Shown here: one piece after another, positions 25,189-38,116 of the stretch
Layout of the letters: every line of letters begins with the position of its first letter
Numbering within the stretch: the stretch's first letter is position 1
Assembly: GCA_964016885.1 (NCBI GenBank)
Contig: OZ024743.1
Location: 11,780,001-11,844,000 of the forward strand
Source: Eledone cirrhosa
Lineage: Eukaryota
Reading direction: 5' to 3'
Length of the DNA: 64,000 nt
Notes under the pieces: generated by a model
What the model saw: the letters and a program-made list of their open reading frames with translations, nothing else
Told to the model about the DNA's origin: nothing
Database searches by the model: none
Position numbers and translations under genes: made by a program

Positions 25189-28100
25189 TATTATTACTTT
25201 TTTTTTTTTTTTCCCCAATTCAATGATGTTCCAGAACAATATAAAAGAGATAATTGGCAATTTAGGTTCTGGAACAAAAAAGATCATTGGCAATAAGGGC
25301 AGGGGCCCCAGGTTATCACAGCCTGGGCCCGCTCGTCATCGTGCCATTGTAATAGAGCCAAACAAGGCATTTAGTCTTGGCTGCTGGAACGTACGGACGC
25401 TGCTTGACAGGGATTCCTTGGGGCGTCCTGAACGAAGGACCGCTCTTGTTGCAAAGGTGCTTCGACGTTACGATCTTGACATCGTGGCTTTATCTGAGAC
25501 GAGGCTAGCTGGAGATGGTCATCTTACGGAATTTTGTGGAGAATATACATTCTTCTGGAAAGGAAGAGATGAAGGAACCAGAAGAGAGGCTGGGGTAGGA
25601 TTTGCTGTTAAGACTGTGCTTGTCAACAAATTAGAAGAATTCCCAGTAGGGATTAGTGAGCGTCTTATGTCCATGAGAGTTCCGCTGGACAAGGGAAGAT
25701 ATGCTACCCTGTTGAGTGTGTATGCTCCAACTATGAGTTCTGTCGATGAGGAAAAGGTGTCCTTTTACCATGCCTTGAAAGGTGTTTTAAGAAATATCCC
25801 TCAGGTAGACAAAGTCATCGTGCTTGGTGACTTTAATGCTAGAGTGGGTAGGGATTTTAACACATGGAATGTAATCGGAAGGCATGGGGTGGGAAAGTGT
25901 AACAGCAATGGTATGCTCCTGCTGCAGATGTGTGAGGAGCTGGATCTGTGTGTTACCAACACCATGTTCCAACAAAAGAACAAATTCAAGACCACATGGA
26001 TGCATCCTGCATCTAAGGAATGGCATCTTTTGGACTACGTCCTAGTCAGGATGCGTGACAGACAGGATGTGCAGTGTGTTCGTGTTCTTCGTGGAGCTGA
26101 GTGCTGGGCGGACCACCGCCTGGTACGCGCAAAAGTGAAACTAATCACTAAACGTAAAATCCGGGCTCCTGGTGTTGCCCTGCCCAAAAGATTGAATGCT
26201 GCTCGTCTTAAGGATAAAAATGTGAAGAGGACATTGGAAGAAGAGATGCAGGCTGCAGATCTTGGTGAGGATTGGCCGACCCTTAAAAAGTCGGTTTATG
26301 ATGTAGGCAGGCGTGTTCTGGGATTGGCGCAGAGGAAACATCAGGACTGGTTTGATGAGAATGATGTACATATAGAAGACTTGTTGGCTGATAAGAGGCG
26401 TGCTCTGTCACGCTACTTGACGGCAAAACCACAGGAGAGGAATACGTTGCATGAGGAACTCAGGGATGTAAAATCACGTGTTAGGCGGAGTCTTTCTCAG
26501 ATGAAGGATCGGTGGTGGAGTGAGAAGGCTGGTGAGATACAAACTGCGTCTGATTCCAATAACACAAAGCTGTTGTACAGTCTCTTGCGTGAGGTTTATG
26601 GACCGTTTTCTTCTCTGGTGACACCGCTTCGCAGCAAGGATGGCAAAGAACTTCTTCGTGACTCACAAGGAATTCTACGAAGGTGGCGAGAGCACTTTGA
26701 TGATCTTTTGAATCAGCCGTCTGTCGTCAGGGAAGATTTCCTCAATCTCATTCCAGAAAGTCCTGTGAAAGTAGCTCTCGCAGAACCTCCGACGCTTGTG
26801 GAGGTTGCAGTGGCTATTTCGAAGCTGAACAGTGGAAGATCTCCAGGTATGGATGGCATACATGCTGAGCTCCTACAATATGGTGGTGAGAGACTCCTGT
26901 AACATCTTCGCTCTTTGTTTGGCAGGATATGGGCTAATGAATCCGTACCTGAGGACTGGAGAGATGCAGTAATGGTGGTCTTGTACAAGGGAAAGGGTAA
27001 CAGGAACGATTGTGGGAACTACAGAGGTATATCATTGCTTTCTGTCGTAGGGAAAGTTTTATGTAGGGTGCTTCTGGACCGTCTGCTGACACACATTGCA
27101 GATTGTGTTCTTCCTGAAAGTCAATCTGGTTTTCGTGCTGGACGCGGCACTACTGATATGATCTTCTCAGCTAGACAGCTCCAGGAGAAGTGTATGGAAC
27201 AAGGCTTGGATCTGTATCAGGTTTTTGTCGATCTGACAAAAGCTTTCGATACTGTTAACAGAGATGCATTATGGAAGGTTCTCCAGAAACTTGGTTGCCC
27301 TGATAAGTTCTTTGCTTTAGTTAGGTCTTTCCATGACGACATGAAGGCTTGGGTTAATGTTGAGGGTAAGATGTCGGAGCCTATCTCAGTAAAAAATGGA
27401 GTGAAACAGGGGGATATTCCAGCACCGACCCTGTTTGCCATATACTTTGCAATAGTTTTCTGTATTGCATTCAGGAATTGCGAGCATGGTGTTTACATCC
27501 GATATCGAACCTCAGGCAGCATATTTAACATCAGGCGCTTTGCTGCGAAGACAAAAGTATTTACATCAATCATAAGAGACCTCTTGTATGCAGATGATTG
27601 CGATCTTGTAGCGCACACAGAGAGTGATATGCAGCACATTTTGAATACATTTTCTGACGCTTGCACTGCCCTAGGTCTGACTGTCAGTCTCAAGAAAACC
27701 GTCGTCATGTACCAACCTGCCCCTGGTAAGCAGTACACTGAACCAAACATCTATGTGTATGGCAAACGACTTGGAGTGGTTGATCAGTTTGTCTACCTGG
27801 GAAGCACTGTCAATCGATACAGCAACCTTGACAGTGAAATCTCACTTAGGATTAGGAAAGCAAGTGATACTTTCGGAAAGCTAGAAAGGCGACTCTGGGG
27901 TCGGCGAGATATATGCAGGAGGACAAAGGTAAAGGTGTACAGGGCATGTGTGCTCTCTTGTCTTCTTTATGCCTGCGAGACCTGGGTCACATATCGACAC
28001 CACCTTAAGCAATTGGAGCGTTTCCATCAGATGTGTCTCAGACGGATCCATGGCGTTCACTGGAGGGACCACATCAGTGATGTCGAGATTTTGGAAAGCT

Positions 28101-28959
28101 CTATGTGTGACAGTATAGAAGCTCTTGTGCTTAAGCAACGACTCCGTTGGAGTGGTCACCTTGCCAGGATGAAGGATTCTAGAATACCAAAACAACTCTT
28201 TTATGGAGAGTTGGTTAAAGGAAAACGACCGCCACATAAACCAAAAAAGAGGTATAAGGATTCCTTGAAAGCCTCTCTGAAAGACGCTAACATCTCTGCT
28301 GATACATGGGAGAATATTGCTGCGGATCGTAATAAATGGAGAAAGACTGTATATGAGGGAAAAGTTGCCTTTGAGGCATCTCGAATCGCATACGAGAAAG
28401 TAAAGCGGGATGTGAGGAAGGGCATTGCTGTTACACTTCCAGACGGCGAGGGTCCTCCTATGGTGCTGACATGCAGCGTATGTGCGAGACTCTGCCTAAG
28501 CAAAGCTGGACTCGAAAGTCATCTTCGCAGTTCTAAAGTAAGACCAGTGGTTGACTACCAGGCTGCTGTTGGAGATGCTACTCATCATGCTTGCCAAACA
28601 TGTGGTAGAGAATGTAAATCAGCAGGAGGGCTCAAGCGACATACAAAAGTACACGAACTCCAACCACAGCCGACTATTCCTAGTGAATGTTTTGGTTGCC
28701 GATTCTGTGCAAGACATTTTAGATCATTGGCTGGGCTAAAAAGCCACATTCGATCGCAGCGCTGTTATTTGCTATCGTGTGTGTGTGTGTGTGTAGATAT
28801 GCTTATGTGTGTGCGTGTGTGTGTATATATATATGTATATGTATATTATTATTGTTGTTGTCGTTATTATTATTGTTGTTATGATTAATATTATTATTAT
28901 TGTTATTAATGCATATGTGTGTGTATATGTGTGTGTGAGTGTGTGTGTGTGTGTGTGTG

Positions 28960-28990
<31 letters not shown>

Positions 28991-29106
28991 TTCTTTTTTC
29001 TTTTTTTTTAATTTTCTTTTTATTTATTTATTATTATTATTATTATTTTTCTTTTTCTTTCTCCTCGTGCAATGGCCATACTCGATAACGAGGGGGCAGC
29101 CATCAT
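24850..29106 (+). mobile_element. RTE (BovB-like) LINE, near full length
   Basis: Structured 5' UTR, ORF, 3' hairpin ctcgataacgag, then (TATG)n tail. Microsatellites interrupt both UTRs. Confidence 0.85.
25223..28765 (+). pseudogene. RTE ORF (APE, RT, three C2H2-type zinc fingers) broken by one in-frame TAA at 26900-26902
   Basis: ORFs 25223-26902 and 26915-28888 share a frame. Motifs include WNVRTL, LSETR, GDFNA, DLTKAFD, YADD and CxxC..S.AGL..H three times. Confidence 0.92.
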
Positions 29107-29169
29107 GTATGTATGTATGTATATATATAGATACATGTATGTATATATGTATATATGTATGTATGTATG

Positions 29170-29201
<32 letters not shown>

Positions 29202-29240
29202 TGTATGTATGTATGTATGTATGTATGTATGTATGTATGT

Positions 29241-31620
29241 ATGACATGGTTCTCTGTGATCTGAGATTCCACCGTCCAATATACAAACCCAATGTCATTT
29301 CTCCTGCCCATCCGTTTGACGCTATGGATTTCCACAATGCAAACTGGGAAGCGATCAGTCATGATCTTGCACATGTCGACTGGTCCTTCACGCACACTCA
29401 TACACCCACTAACATCAAAAAGTCCTGGCAGACATTTGTGGACACTGTTACAAACATATGTGCTAAACACACCCCATTAAGAACTATAAACAAATCTAAG
29501 AGCAGAATCCCTAGAAATAGAAAAACGCTCATCAGAAAAATTAAGAGAACGAACAAAAAAATCAACAATCTGAAATACTGTCAGCAGCAACACATCAACT
29601 TGACTGCCATTTCATCACTAGAGATTAAAAAACATAACCTCCAAAACAACATAATGTCCCTCATCAACAATCAGAGAAGAGCTGAAGAGGCCTGGGCCAT
29701 TGAGAAGATCAAACTCAATCCCAAAGTGTTCTTTTCATTTGCAAAAAAACACAAAATCACTGGCTCTACTGTTGGCCCTCTAATTGATGAAAATGGCACT
29801 CTTCAAGACAATGCTAAAACCATGGGTGAGATACTGCAGAAACAATACTGCTCTGTTTTCAGCAATCCTGATATGGCCGATCTGGGCTGTATCGGCGATG
29901 TTACTCCCCATTACACCTTATCGGACATAACGTTTGGCGCCCCTGATGTCTTGGCGGCAATAAAGGAAATCAAGCATAATTCAGCAGTAGGTCCCGATAG
30001 GTTCCCTGCTTGTGTCTTGAAGGCGTGTCAACACCAACTTGCTTCTCCTCTTGCCAATCTGTGGCGGAACTCACTGGATGCTGGATATGTGCCAGAAAAC
30101 CTTCTATCCCAGTCTGTTGTCCCAGTTTTCAAAAAGGGAAACAAATCCCTTGCCGTGAATTACCGTCCAATCTCACTCACCTCTCATATCATTAAGGTAT
30201 TTGAGCGAGTGGTGAGATCGCGAATGACCCACTTCCTTGAGAGTAACAATATGCTGAACTCCAACCAGCATGGATTCCGTAATGGAAGGGATTGCCTGAC
30301 GCAACTACTGCATCACTTTGATGACATTTTGAGAGCCTTGGGAGAGGGTTCCAACACTGATGTTATCTACCTTGATTTCAGCAAGGCCTTTGACAGGGTT
30401 GATCATAACATTCTACTGAGAAAGCTGTCCAATATTGGTGTCACTGGAAAGCTGCTGCAGTGGATCAAGAGCTTCCTGTCAAACAGAACCCAACATGTTG
30501 TAGTTGAGGGAGTCAAATCAAGCCCAGCCAAAGTCAGTAGTGGAGTCCCACAAGGCACTGTGTTGGGCCCACTTCTCTTCATCATCTATATTAATGACAT
30601 CACTGACATCATCAAACACAGCAACATTAAAATTTTCGCTGATGATTCCAAGCTCCAAAAGGTCATCAATGGCGTGGATGACCGGATAAGCCTTCAGTCA
30701 GACCTACTGGCTGTTACCCAATGGGCAGAAAAGAACAACATGTTACTGAACGAAGACAAATTCGAACTGATCCACTTTGGAAAAGAGGATGCTCTGAAAC
30801 TCCCGTACTCCCTTCCCTCCGGGGAAACTCTCGTGGCATCTAACAACATCAGAGACTTGGGAGTAACCGTGGACAGCAACATAAGCTGGACCACGCATAT
30901 AAGCAGCAAAGTTGACATGGCCCGCAGAATGTGTTCCTGGATCCTCAGAACCTTCCAGTCGAGAGATTCCCGCTCCATTATCCTTCTCTTCTCTACTTTC
31001 GCCCGACCACACCTTGAATACTGTTGTCCACTGTGGTCTCCCCACACGAAACAAAGTATCATGAAACTTGAAGCTCCTCAAAGGGCAATCACGAAAAAGA
31101 TAGATGGCATGTCAGACCTTGACTACTGGGGTCGATTGGAAAACCTGAAACTTTACTCACTCCAACGTCGCCGTGAGCGTTATATTATCTGCATGATGTG
31201 GAAAATGTTCCATCATCACTGCCCAAATGATGTTGGCATCGCCTTCAAGATACACCCAAGGCTTGGGCCCCGTGCTATCCGTCCCATTCAAAAATCTAAA
31301 TCGCAACTCATAACAACAATACGGCACAATTATTTCACCTCAATCGGCCCTGCTCTCTTCAACATCACACCAGGACACGTCAAAACAGAAACTGACCACA
31401 CAAAATTCAAGAAGTCTTTGGACAAATTCCTCCAAGTAATCCCGGACAAACCACCCACACCCGGATATGTCTCCGCAAACAGTAATTCTCTTCTCGAATG
31501 GGCCATGGTGCCCAAATCCTGAATTGAAAGACTTCGCCAGGTGGTGCTATTAAGTTAGACATGGCCTGGGCCAATACTGGCCAAAACATTTCAAAGTTAT
31601 TCAAAGTTATTCAAAGTTAT
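29241..31620 (+). mobile_element. CR1-group LINE with (TTCAAAGTTA)3 tail
   Basis: Short 3' UTR and a 10-bp tandem tail, inserted in a (TATG)n tract. Confidence 0.88.
29243..31522 (+). CDS. CR1-group LINE ORF2 (RT), 5'-truncated but open
   Basis: NYRPISLT, QHGFR, YLDFSKAFD, GVPQGTVLGP, FADD, C-terminal PDKP..SNSLL. The upstream part of the ORF call is microsatellite. Confidence 0.92.
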   Translation, partial: DMVLCDLRFHRPIYKPNVISPAHPFDAMDFHNANWEAISHDLAHVDWSFTHTHTPTNIKKSWQTFVDTVTNICAKHTPLRTINKSKSRIPRNRKTLIRKIKRTNKKINNLKYCQQQHINLTAISSLEIKKHNLQNNIMSLINNQRRAEEAWAIEKIKLNPKVFFSFAKKHKITGSTVGPLIDENGTLQDNAKTMGEILQKQYCSVFSNPDMADLGCIGDVTPHYTLSDITFGAPDVLAAIKEIKHNSAVGPDRFPACVLKACQHQLASPLANLWRNSLDAGYVPENLLSQSVVPVFKKGNKSLAVNYRPISLTSHIIKVFERVVRSRMTHFLESNNMLNSNQHGFRNGRDCLTQLLHHFDDILRALGEGSNTDVIYLDFSKAFDRVDHNILLRKLSNIGVTGKLLQWIKSFLSNRTQHVVVEGVKSSPAKVSSGVPQGTVLGPLLFIIYINDITDIIKHSNIKIFADDSKLQKVINGVDDRISLQSDLLAVTQWAEKNNMLLNEDKFELIHFGKEDALKLPYSLPSGETLVASNNIRDLGVTVDSNISWTTHISSKVDMARRMCSWILRTFQSRDSRSIILLFSTFARPHLEYCCPLWSPHTKQSIMKLEAPQRAITKKIDGMSDLDYWGRLENLKLYSLQRRRERYIICMMWKMFHHHCPNDVGIAFKIHPRLGPRAIRPIQKSKSQLITTIRHNYFTSIGPALFNITPGHVKTETDHTKFKKSLDKFLQVIPDKPPTPGYVSANSNSLLEWAMVPKS

Positions 31621-32159
31621 GTATATATATAGATATATGTATATATATATATATAGATATATGTATGTATGTATATATATGTATGTATGTATATATATGT
31701 ATGTATATGTATGTATGTATATATATATGTGTATGTGGATGTATGTATATGTATGGATATGTGTATGTATGTGTATAGATATATGTATGTATATGTATGG
31801 ATATATGTATGTATATATATGGATATATGTATGTATATATATGGATATATGTATCTATGTATATGTATGTGTATATATATATATGTGTATGTATATATAT
31901 ATATGTATGTATATGTGTGTGTATATGTATGTATATGTGTATATGTATGTATATGTATATATATATGTATGTATATATATATGTGTATGTATATATATAT
32001 ATGTATGTATATGTATGTATGTATATATGTGTATGTGTATGTATATATATGTATGTATATATATATATGTATGTATACATATATATATGTATGTATATAT
32101 ATATATATATGTATGTATATATATATGTATATATATATGTATGTGTGTATATATATATG

Positions 32160-32190
<31 letters not shown>

Positions 32191-32337
32191 ATATATATGT
32201 ATATATGTATGTATATATATGGATGTATGTATATATATATAGATGTATGTATGTATATATAGATGTATGTATATATATAGAGATGTATGTATGTGTATAT
32301 TTGGATATCTGTATGTATGTATATATATGTATATCAT

Positions 32338-32748
32338 CCGGGAGAGATGACCCTTTAGCCTTTGTCAAGGCAGAATTCTAGGAGAAGGAAAACTCTGATA
32401 AAACACCTGCAACCCTCATGGTATCCAATGATGTTGACTTGTTCTTCTTTTTGGTAAATATCATCTTGGTTAAGAGAGTGGGACTGGCTTTGTGCAGTGC
32501 CTTTGCTCACTATAAAAGCTTCACGGCACAGCATTGCTTTATATCTGGAGATCTCTCTGCACTTGTCGTCACATGGTACCATGGGCCCAGCACTATGTGT
32601 CAATAATTGTCACAAGTGTAGTGTTTGTACCAGAGTTTTCAAGTCGCTGACTGGACTAAAAAGTCACACTCGTTCAGCGCATCGGTAGGGGGTCTCCTAC
32701 ATGGATATAAAGTAGTGGCCGTACTCGAAAACGAGTTGGCAGCCACCA
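32338..32748 (+). mobile_element. Second, 5'-truncated copy of the bipartite RTE derivative
   Basis: Nearly identical to 19578-19988. Confidence 0.85.
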
Positions 32749-33459
32749 CATATATATATATATATATGTGTGTATATGTGTTTGTGTGTGTGTTTATGGT
32801 TGCGCGTAAGTGTGTGAGTGAGTATGTGTTTTTTTGTTTTTTTGTTTTTTTGTTCTTTTGTGAATGTGTCTGTTGATTTTTGGCATATAGTTGATTAGTT
32901 TAAGAGAAGTTCGAAGATAATAGTAAGATATGCACTCAGTATTTTGAATCTGTCTGCAGAATTCTCTAGACCTTTGTCACTTAGTAGAACCTTAATGACT
33001 TTAGCTTTTAAAGAATCTCCCTTTTCTTTAATTCTATCGACCATGACTGACCCCCCACTGATTTTATAGACATCTGTTAGCTTAAGAGAAACTTATTGAC
33101 AAGGAATGGTATGCCATCCGGAACCTGTTTATAGAATTCTGTCTGCCTTTGTTACTCTAAAAACATAAATAAATATAAATAAAAATAAAAATAAACTATA
33201 GCTTTGTAGAATTAGCTTTTAATGAATTCCCTTTTCTATCAACCAATGACCTGCACCCATCCCACTCCCCACCCTCTCCTACCACTTGTAGAGACCTATA
33301 AATACCATATTTATTTTTTGATACCCAGATTCCTGATGATTTCTAATGAATGAAACAGTTCTAGTCCTGTAGAATCTCATCTATATTAAAACTGTTATAC
33401 TCTGCTATGTATTGAGTACCTTACTTACTGTGGTTACCTCCGATTCAACCCGGAATAAC

Positions 33460-33571
<112 letters not shown>

Positions 33572-33713
33572 ATACTTTGGGAGGGTCATGTTGCCAATAA
33601 GAAACACACGCACCAGTTGCTTTCACTTCAATTTATTATATATTTATAAATTTATAAATTTATAAATTTCTGATTGGTTGGTTGGTTCCACAACCAGATA
33701 GTTGTTTATATAT

Positions 33714-33758
33714 AGTCATAGTTCTTTCGTCACACACTCTGTGACCTCTTCAGTGATT
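33714..33758 (-). ncRNA. Candidate minimal hammerhead in the PLE 3' region
   Basis: aatca CTGAAGA g gtcac-loop-gtgac GAAA gaaCTA tgact. It has an extra G in stem II and a weak stem I. Confidence 0.5.
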
Positions 33759-33958
33759 GGGGATTCCTTTCTTTGTTTCTGTGCCTCTCCTTTGTTCTGT
33801 CCTACGCCATTTTGTTTCTGTGTGTGTGTTGTGTGCTCAGTCTGCGCATGCGCCACATCCGGGTGTCTGTGTGTGTTTATGTTCATTTATTTATTTGTTT
33901 ATTTACATGTTACTGGTTGGTTGTTTGTTCTATGTGTGTGTGTGTTTTCATTTTGTCC

Positions 33959-36466
33959 TTAATTGTAAGTTGTGATGTTGCTGTTCCACTCATATTTTCT
34001 ATTTAATTTTGGTTGTAATTCTTTTATGTTTATTGCCTCTGTAATTTGTCTAAACATTGCGTCTTTTCTGTGTGTAGATTCTATTTTTATTTCTATGTTC
34101 TCTAATTTACCCTTGTGTTCTATCTTAGCATGTTGGTAGAGTACAGATGATTCTTTATTATCTTGAAGGTCTCGCCAGTGTTTATTTATCCGTTCCCCTA
34201 CACTACGAGCTGTCTCACCTATGTACACTATATTTTTGTCTCTACATTGTCCTTCAGTACATCTTATGCTATACACTACATTTCTAGTTTTACAGTTAAT
34301 ATGGGGGCTTATTTTACAGGTTATACATTTCTTATCTATACATGAGGGTCTTTGAAAAGGGTATGTCTTGCTAATAAGTGTTTTTACGGAGGTACCAGGT
34401 CTTTCTACTATCTTAATATTGAGTTTATGTTTATTTAGGGCGCTTCTAAATTTGTAAGCTAATTCACCTCTAGGGGTTGTATTGATGAACATTACACTCT
34501 GGTATTTATTGCTATCATACCATGAGTTTATTCTATTAGCCTTGTTCCTAGTTCTTTCTATTCTATTCCAAAATTTGCTCCTATACAAGGGGCAGGTCCC
34601 ATTTATGTCATTATTTACCATTTTTTCCCATTTGGTTCTGACTCCTCTATACACTCTGATTTTATCTCTCTGATTGTAGCCAGAGAACTGCATACGGTGG
34701 ATGAAGTGTTGTATGTGTCTCTCTAGTTCTTCGGGGTTGCACATGCGGGACACATTTCTCATCACCCGTACCAAATCCGCAATCAGTATGTTCATTTTGG
34801 TATGGTCCGAAATGGCCGAGTTTCGGTGGATCAGATGTTTGGAAGTCATGGGTTTGGCATAATGGGAATGGAGGATTTGTTTTTTGTTGTTAATGGTATC
34901 TAACCAGAGCTCTGTGTCTAGTACAGGTAATCGATGGTTGGGGTGTTTACTTGGGTAGTCTATAGTAACTCTAATGCTCTGGTGGATGGAGTTTGCTATT
35001 TGCTGGATGCTTTCCATTGTGTTTTTCTCTAGTTCCTGACTGTTCTCTAGTGGGGGTGTCTTAACTACGATGTTTATATCATCTACGTAGCGGGAGTACA
35101 TTATCAGGGTTAAGGGGTCTTCTAATTGTTCTTTAAGTTTAAGTTTAAGTCTACTGTCCCACCATACCATGAATAAGTTAGCTATGTCACCTGCAATGCT
35201 AACACCAATGGCTGCTCCTTCCTCTTGGGCATATGTTTTTCCATTAAATTTGAACATATGTTCCTTAAGGGTTAGTTTTATGCTGGCCCCTACCGCATGT
35301 GCAATCATTTTCTTCAGTTCATCGTGGTTTTCGGGTGTCCGTATGGTTCTGGTCCACCCGTTCCATCTATCTGTGTGGGTTTTCTTGGCCATTGAGGTAA
35401 TGGTAGGTGGTCTGCCTCTTGCTGGTCTTGTAGGGCACAGGTTGCTAAGGTCATATGTGTCTAGGTAACTATTACTATAGGTAAGCTTAAGTAGGAGTCC
35501 CAGCTCACTGGTATCAATCCCACGGAACACAACCTTGCTCTCACTGATCATTTCTACGCATTTCTCCACAGCAAAATCCACGTCAATAGATGGATACAGG
35601 GATACAACATCCATACTGCCTATTATGCAGTTTGTTAGGTCCCCAGATCGGTTACTCACGCCGATTCTGCTGAGGAGGTCCTCCGTGCTGTCACATACAT
35701 CTGGGGACATTTCAATGATGGGGCGTATGATCAGGGAGAGGAAGTAGGACAGTCTGTAGTTACTAGCAATGTTAGCTCCACAGACTGGCCGTGTTGGTGG
35801 TCCCGCGACAGGGTCACAGCCCGTTTTATGGTCTTTTCGAAGCCCATACAACGCCGGCACGTCATTGTTCCACGCCTGGAAGTTGTTGGCAGTCCTTTTG
35901 TTGGGCTGCATTATATTCGTCCACATCACCATATGGGCATTGAGGGCTTTTTCTCTATCCTCATGCTCCTGTGGTGTTACCTCTCTTGTGTTAGTGATGT
36001 GGGGTTGCATTGCCTGGATGTAGTTTGGCAGGCTGTCAACTGACATTCTGCCAGACTTGTCTGTTGGAAAGCATGCTATCTCTCCATTATGTGAGCGCTG
36101 CATGAGCTTACGCAAGCCATTTGTAGATTTTTCTCCCAGTTGCTGGGCCTCCATTCTATTATGCTTCTTGCTATACTGTTCTATAATATTTCTAAGTTCG
36201 GATCTAGCTATACTAAATTGTGCTTCTGTTTGTTCATCGACCTGCGACGGCAATTGCGTGCGTTTGTTAAATGGTAAAGTCGTGGCGTGGACTCGTCGCA
36301 GGTCGAATGATTTATCGAAGGGATTATAAAACGTAGAGTTCCAGGCTGCTGCTTTATGTGTACTAGTGCTATTGTTATTGTTAGTTGTGTTGTTTCTATT
36401 TCTATTTCCACCAACAGCCTCATGGTTGTTTCTATGTCTCTCATAATTACTCCTGTCTCTTTCCAC
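33959..36466 (-). CDS. Penelope RT plus GIY-YIG endonuclease (835 aa)
   Basis: PTDKSG, LYGLRKDHK, RPV, MDVVSLYPSI, RYVDD, LPVLD, and VVYSIRC...YIGETAR. Confidence 0.93.
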   Translation of the reverse strand: MERDRSNYERHRNNHEAVGGNRNRNNTTNNNNSTSTHKAAAWNSTFYNPFDKSFDLRRVHATTLPFNKRTQLPSQVDEQTEAQFSIARSELRNIIEQYSKKHNRMEAQQLGEKSTNGLRKLMQRSHNGEIACFPTDKSGRMSVDSLPNYIQAMQPHITNTREVTPQEHEDREKALNAHMVMWTNIMQPNKRTANNFQAWNNDVPALYGLRKDHKTGCDPVAGPPTRPVCGANIASNYRLSYFLSLIIRPIIEMSPDVCDSTEDLLSRIGVSNRSGDLTNCIIGSMDVVSLYPSIDVDFAVEKCVEMISESKVVFRGIDTSELGLLLKLTYSNSYLDTYDLSNLCPTRPARGRPPTITSMAKKTHTDRWNGWTRTIRTPENHDELKKMIAHAVGASIKLTLKEHMFKFNGKTYAQEEGAAIGVSIAGDIANLFMVWWDSRLKLKLKEQLEDPLTLIMYSRYVDDINIVVKTPPLENSQELEKNTMESIQQIANSIHQSIRVTIDYPSKHPNHRLPVLDTELWLDTINNKKQILHSHYAKPMTSKHLIHRNSAISDHTKMNILIADLVRVMRNVSRMCNPEELERHIQHFIHRMQFSGYNQRDKIRVYRGVRTKWEKMVNNDINGTCPLYRSKFWNRIERTRNKANRINSWYDSNKYQSVMFINTTPRGELAYKFRSALNKHKLNIKIVERPGTSVKTLISKTYPFQRPSCIDKKCITCKISPHINCKTRNVVYSIRCTEGQCRDKNIVYIGETARSVGERINKHWRDLQDNKESSVLYQHAKIEHKGKLENIEIKIESTHRKDAMFRQITEAINIKELQPKLNRKYEWNSNITTYN

Positions 36467-36483
36467 TGGCTCATTGTTGTTAT

Positions 36484-37536
36484 CTACCCTATTTTGTGTG
36501 TCTGTGTGTTCGTCTTGGTTATTCTCTTTGTCCTTAGTCTCCTTTTCCTTTTAATCCTATTACTTTCCCTTATTTCTGTGATTTCTGTGCTACTGTCATT
36601 ACTTGTTTTCTGTGTCTGTGTGTTTGTTAAGATTGTGGTGGTGGTGAGAGGCATTGAATGCGTGTGTGTTGTTGTTGTTGATGTGTGCTGTTGTTGATGT
36701 GTGTTGTTGTTGTCTCCGTGTGTGTTATTGTTGTTGTGTGTGTTGTTATTGTTGTTTGTGTCTGCGTGTCTGTTGTTGTTGTTTCTGGGTATGTTGTTAT
36801 TGTTGTTGTTGTTGATGTGTGTGTTGTTGTTATTGTTGTTATTGTTGTTTGTGTCTGTGTGCCTGTTGTTGTTGGGATGTGTGTTGTATATGTGTGTGCG
36901 TATATTGTTGCTTTTGTTTTTGTTTTTGTTTTTGAGGCTCCAGCGTAGTTTTGTAAATGATTTTTCTATTTCTGACAGACAACTAATCATATTTACCTTC
37001 TTGAATGTCGCAAATTTCAGGGGTAAACATAACACAGACATCTCATCGTTATCTATTCTTGCGTTACCATATATATTTGTGTTATTGTTGTTGTTGAACT
37101 CTTCTGTTAATGAGGTGTCGGCCATATTTATACCGTCAATTTTGTCGGGATATCTATTGGTATTCTCTATAGTATCCTGATTTAGCTTTATCTGCTTAAG
37201 CCACTTTAGTTTCTTGTTAAAGTGCTTATCACATTCTTGAGTAATGTACTGTTCTTCAGGATGTATAAGGTTTATAAATATTAGTTTCTCTCTTGGTGTG
37301 GTGATCCTAGCTATTTCTTGTATTAGGTTACGCTTATGTTTTTCTTGATGACTTAATTCTCTATAGATCTTCTTTTTTATGTTTAGAATTAATGTTCGTT
37401 TTAGCCTATCTGCTTGTTTTTTGGTGAGTTGTAATCTTCTAACGTCGGTGTTGATGGTGTAGACTTGGGATGAGGCACATTGTTTTATGAAGTGTAGTTG
37501 TCGAGATGTTATGGTTTTTCGTAGACAACAGAACAT
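36484..37536 (-). CDS. Penelope N-terminal ORF segment, out of frame with the RT ORF, with Asn/Thr microsatellite expansion
   Basis: KKLKWL and VLCLPLKFA resemble PLE N-terminal motifs. It lies 17 bp from the RT ORF in a different frame. Confidence 0.65.
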   Translation of the reverse strand: MFCCLRKTITSRQLHFIKQCASSQVYTINTDVRRLQLTKKQADRLKRTLILNIKKKIYRELSHQEKHKRNLIQEIARITTPREKLIFINLIHPEEQYITQECDKHFNKKLKWLKQIKLNQDTIENTNRYPDKIDGINMADTSLTEEFNNNNNTNIYGNARIDNDEMSVLCLPLKFATFKKVNMISCLSEIEKSFTKLRWSLKNKNKNKSNNIRTHIYNTHPNNNRHTDTNNNNNNNNNTHINNNNNNNIPRNNNNRHADTNNNNNTHNNNNTHGDNNNTHQQQHTSTTTTHTHSMPLTTTTILTNTQTQKTSNDSSTEITEIRESNRIKRKRRLRTKRITKTNTQTHKIG

Positions 37537-37889
37537 GGTGGTTTTCAGTATCTTGTTAGCCTGGCAGACTAACTTACTTTAATTTCAGACTAACTTACTT
37601 TAATTTCAGCAAACAGCCTTGTCAGCTTTATCTCCCCCTGTTTGCTGAAATTAAAGTAAGTGAGTTTGTCACTACTCTAAAACAATAGCATAAGGTCTTC
37701 AAAATGCTTTTTATTAAGCATACAGTGTATTGCAAAATACACTATATATACATTCATATATATATAGCTATTTCAGAGCAACAATTCTAATATATATATA
37801 TATATGTATATGTATGTGTATGTATATAGCTATATGTATGTATATAGATATATAGATATATAGATATATGTGTGTGTATATACATATGC

Positions 37890-37963
<74 letters not shown>

Positions 37964-37970
37964 GTATATG

Positions 37971-38023
<53 letters not shown>

Positions 38024-38077
38024 CTATATACATACATATATCTGTGTGTGTGTGTGTGTCTGTATATATACATATAC

Positions 38078-38116
<39 letters not shown>

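Noticed and set aside
29072-29242. N-terminus of the 816-aa ORF
   Set aside because: It is the RTE 3' end plus (TATG)n read in frame by chance. CR1 homology starts at about 29243.
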